DNA of 64,000 bases from Eimeria praecox (lineage: Eukaryota): NCBI GenBank assembly GCA_963920595.1, contig OY986946.1, positions 4,154,001-4,218,000 of the forward strand, read 5' to 3'. Made by a program: the position numbers and the translations under genes. The notes beneath the pieces were generated by a model, which did not search any database, had not been told where the DNA came from, and saw only the letters and a program-made list of their open reading frames with translations. Shown here piece by piece: positions 61,506 through 64,000 of this stretch. How positions within the stretch are numbered: position 1 is the first letter of the stretch; each line of letters starts with the position of its first letter.

Positions 61506-61629
61506 CCGAGATGAGGAGCTTGAGGGGTTGTCTGAATTCTCTGATTTTGGCTATGGGGGCTCTGAATGCGGCTGTCTGCATCATCAACACCCAGGTAGGA
61601 GCATGCTGCTGCTGCTGCTGCTGCTTCTT

Positions 61630-61662
<33 letters not shown>

Positions 61663-61668
61663 CTTCTT

Positions 61669-61699
<31 letters not shown>

Positions 61700-61798
61700 A
61701 GATAGAAAGGACAGACAGGCACAGCCAACGCCAGGTGGAGACGCCCTTCTTCGGATCGATAACGAAGACGATCCCCGCGGAGGGTTAGTAACCCCCCT

Positions 61799-61859
<61 letters not shown>

Positions 61860-61976
61860 CAACATACGCAGCAACAAATGCAGCAAATGGTGCTTCTGAG
61901 AGGAAGCACATAATAAAAACAACTCATTCAAATACATATACTAAACTACACAGGCAACAAAAACAAAGAATATACA

Positions 61977-62041
<65 letters not shown>

Positions 62042-62070
62042 ACAAACTCAGTCCTACCCCAGAAGGCCAT
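60279..62070 (-). CDS. FKBP-type peptidyl-prolyl isomerase with probable N-terminal nucleoplasmin-like domain (Fpr3/Fpr4/AtFKBP53-like)
   Basis: C-terminal FKBP domain GDIIKIQYRGYLEKTKVGFDRGALRFMLGFNEVIKGLDMGLINIKVGETRHITIPSHLAYGKRGAPPAIPPNANLIFE. A 13-nt first exon 62070-62058 (ATG GCC TTC TGG G/GT), exon 61796-61507 and exon ~61169-60279 give MAFWGGLLTLRGDRLRYRSEEGRLHLALAVP...WAIQLAG, plus NLS-like GRKRK. Confidence 0.8.
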
Positions 62071-62115
62071 CCTCGTAGATCTTATTGGAGATGTTAAAGA
62101 CAACCTTAGGAAACG

Positions 62116-62485
62116 TTTAGGGTTTAGGGTTTAGGGTTTAGGGTTTAGGGTTTAGGGTTAGGATCGGGGGTTTAGGGTTTGTGGTTGCCGCAGAACCCTC
62201 AACAAACAGAACAGACGAGGGTTTAGGGTTTAGGGTTTAGGGTTTAGGGTTTAGGGTTTAGAGTATCAGTGCCAAGAAAAAGACAAAACCCTCATTTTAG
62301 GGTTTAGTCTATAGGGTTTGGTGCTTAGGGTTTAGGGTTTAGGGTTTAGGGTTTAGGGTTTAGGGTCTGGGGCCAAGGCCGATACTCTCGAGACAAGGGC
62401 AGCGCATGCGGCCCCGAACGAAGGTCTAGGGTTTAGGGTTTAGGGTTTAGGGTTTAGGGTTTAGGGTTTAGGGTTTAGGGTTTTA
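62116..62485 (+). repeat. Four (TTTAGGG)n blocks in the divergent intergenic region
   Basis: Read directly. Confidence 0.9.
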
Positions 62486-62625
62486 AGAGATAATCAAAGA
62501 ATCCGGCGGCATTTCTAATATTTCGATTTAATTATAACGGTAAGGGCTGCAGCAGCAGCAGCAGCTGCAGCAGCAGCAGCAGCAGCAGCAGAGCAAGGGG
62601 GCCCCACAGAAGACTAGCCATAGAT

Positions 62626-62657
<32 letters not shown>

Positions 62658-62734
62658 TCCGTCTCCTACTTCAACTATTCTGCCGCTGCTGCCTGTACAC
62701 CTGAAGTCGCTATAGAGCCTTCGGCGTCTGCTGT

Positions 62735-62782
<48 letters not shown>

Positions 62783-62806
62783 CTGGTTTCTTAGAAGCCG
62801 CAGCAG

Positions 62807-62971
62807 ATGAACACGACTGCAGCAGCAGCAGGCTGCGTAGCAGCAGCAGGGGCAGCAGCGGGAAGAGCTGCTAGAAGATCTGCTGCTGCTGCTGCTGCAG
62901 CAACAGCAGCAGCAGCATGTAGCCAAAGGGCAGCAGCCACAGCAGCTGCTGCAGCGAAGTCAGCTAGCCGA

Positions 62972-63030
<59 letters not shown>

Positions 63031-63220
63031 ACCTTCCTCTGCTCATTTCCTCCTGACTTGCTGCAGCCGTCAGCAGCTGGTTATACACCGCAACATCAGC
63101 CTCAGCAGCAGCAGCAGCAGCAGCAGCAAGTACTCCCGCTGTCTCCTCAGCACTGCAGCAGCTAGCGAACAGCTGGACCCCCAACAACAGCAGCAGCAGC
63201 AGCAACAGCAGCAAGGAGCA

Positions 63221-63253
<33 letters not shown>

Positions 63254-63373
63254 GCAGCATCAGCTGCTGCCAGCAGCTCAGCGAATATATCTTCTTCTTC
63301 TTCAGAGCCGCTACCCGAGCAACAGCAGCACCACCAGCAGCAGCAGCAGCACCACCACCAGCACCAGCAGCAG

Positions 63374-63450
<77 letters not shown>

Positions 63451-63593
63451 GCAGCAGCAAGATCAGTATTTGTATGACGCCGAAGAAGAAATTCTAACAA
63501 AAGAAGAAAAACAAGAAAAAGAAGAATTAATAAAAATATTAACTCGAAAATTATCGGGGCCCCTAGCAGATGAGGACGGCAATGTACCCACAG
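62807..63593 (+). CDS. Exon of a hypothetical protein (partial; the gene continues beyond the window)
   Basis: An Ala/Ser/Arg-rich N-terminus and poly-Q/H are followed by non-repetitive [44 protein letters not shown], ending at a CAG/GTTAA donor. A repeat-filled intron follows. Confidence 0.5.
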
Positions 63594-64000
63594 GTTAACC
63601 CTAAACCCTAAACCCTAAACCCTAAACCCTAAACCCTAAACCCTAAACCCTAAACCCTAAACCCTAAACCCTAAACCCTAAACCCTAAACCCTAAACCCT
63701 ATTAACCCTAGTAACCCTAGTAACCCTATTAACCCTATTAACCCTATTAATCCTAGGAATTAATAAACCCTAGGAATTAATAAACCCTAGTCCTAAAACA
63801 TATTCTGTTTATATTGTTGTATTGTGTATGCTGGGGTTTTTTTATATTAGGGTTTAGGGTTTATGTAATGTTGTAAGGGTAACTTGTTTATATGTAGGGT
63901 TAATTGTTTATCTAGGGTTTAGGGTTTATCTAGGGTTTAGGGTTTATCTAGGGTTTAGGGTTTATCTAGGGTTTAGGGGTTGGCTCAGGATCTAGACGCC

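Noticed and set aside
63594..64000. Possible chromosome end (telomere)
   Set aside because: The arrays are short, occur in both orientations and follow a splice donor, so they are intronic interstitial repeats.

Overview
Eukaryotic, intron-rich DNA from a coccidian apicomplexan, almost certainly Eimeria or a close relative. The evidence is abundant (CAG)n repeats in coding and non-coding sequence, interstitial telomere-like (AAACCCT/TTTAGGG)n arrays and frequent TGCATGCA octamers. I reconstructed spliced gene models by hand from GT/GC-AG boundaries and reading-frame continuity. In order they are: a Trm9/ALKBH8-type tRNA methyltransferase (-), an SNM1/DCLRE1-type metallo-beta-lactamase nuclease (+), a DNL zinc-finger Hsp70 escort protein (+), M1 aminopeptidase N (+), an unknown two-TM protein with an RRL motif (-), a large coiled-coil protein with two degenerate cNMP-binding domains (+), ClpS with a bipartite leader (-), U1 snRNA (+), HPPK-DHPS (-), a 19-exon cytosolic leucyl-tRNA synthetase (+), a low-complexity multi-TM protein (-), a nucleoplasmin-like FKBP (-) and the start of an unknown gene (+). 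The window crosses from a repeat-poor segment (~9-36 kb) through an AT-rich stretch (~38-45 kb) into a repeat-rich segment (~45-64 kb). The most interesting signal is the non-random placement of telomere-like repeats in introns. G-strand arrays sit just before the 3' splice site and usually end in an AG-less variant unit, C-strand arrays sit near 5' splice sites, and complementary degenerate 10-mer arrays flank one in-frame exon. Other notable signals are four probable GC-AG introns, a perfect 26-bp intronic hairpin and a 46-bp perfect palindrome. No CRISPR array, tRNA, rRNA or recognisable transposon was found. All functional calls rest on motifs I recognised, not on database searches.
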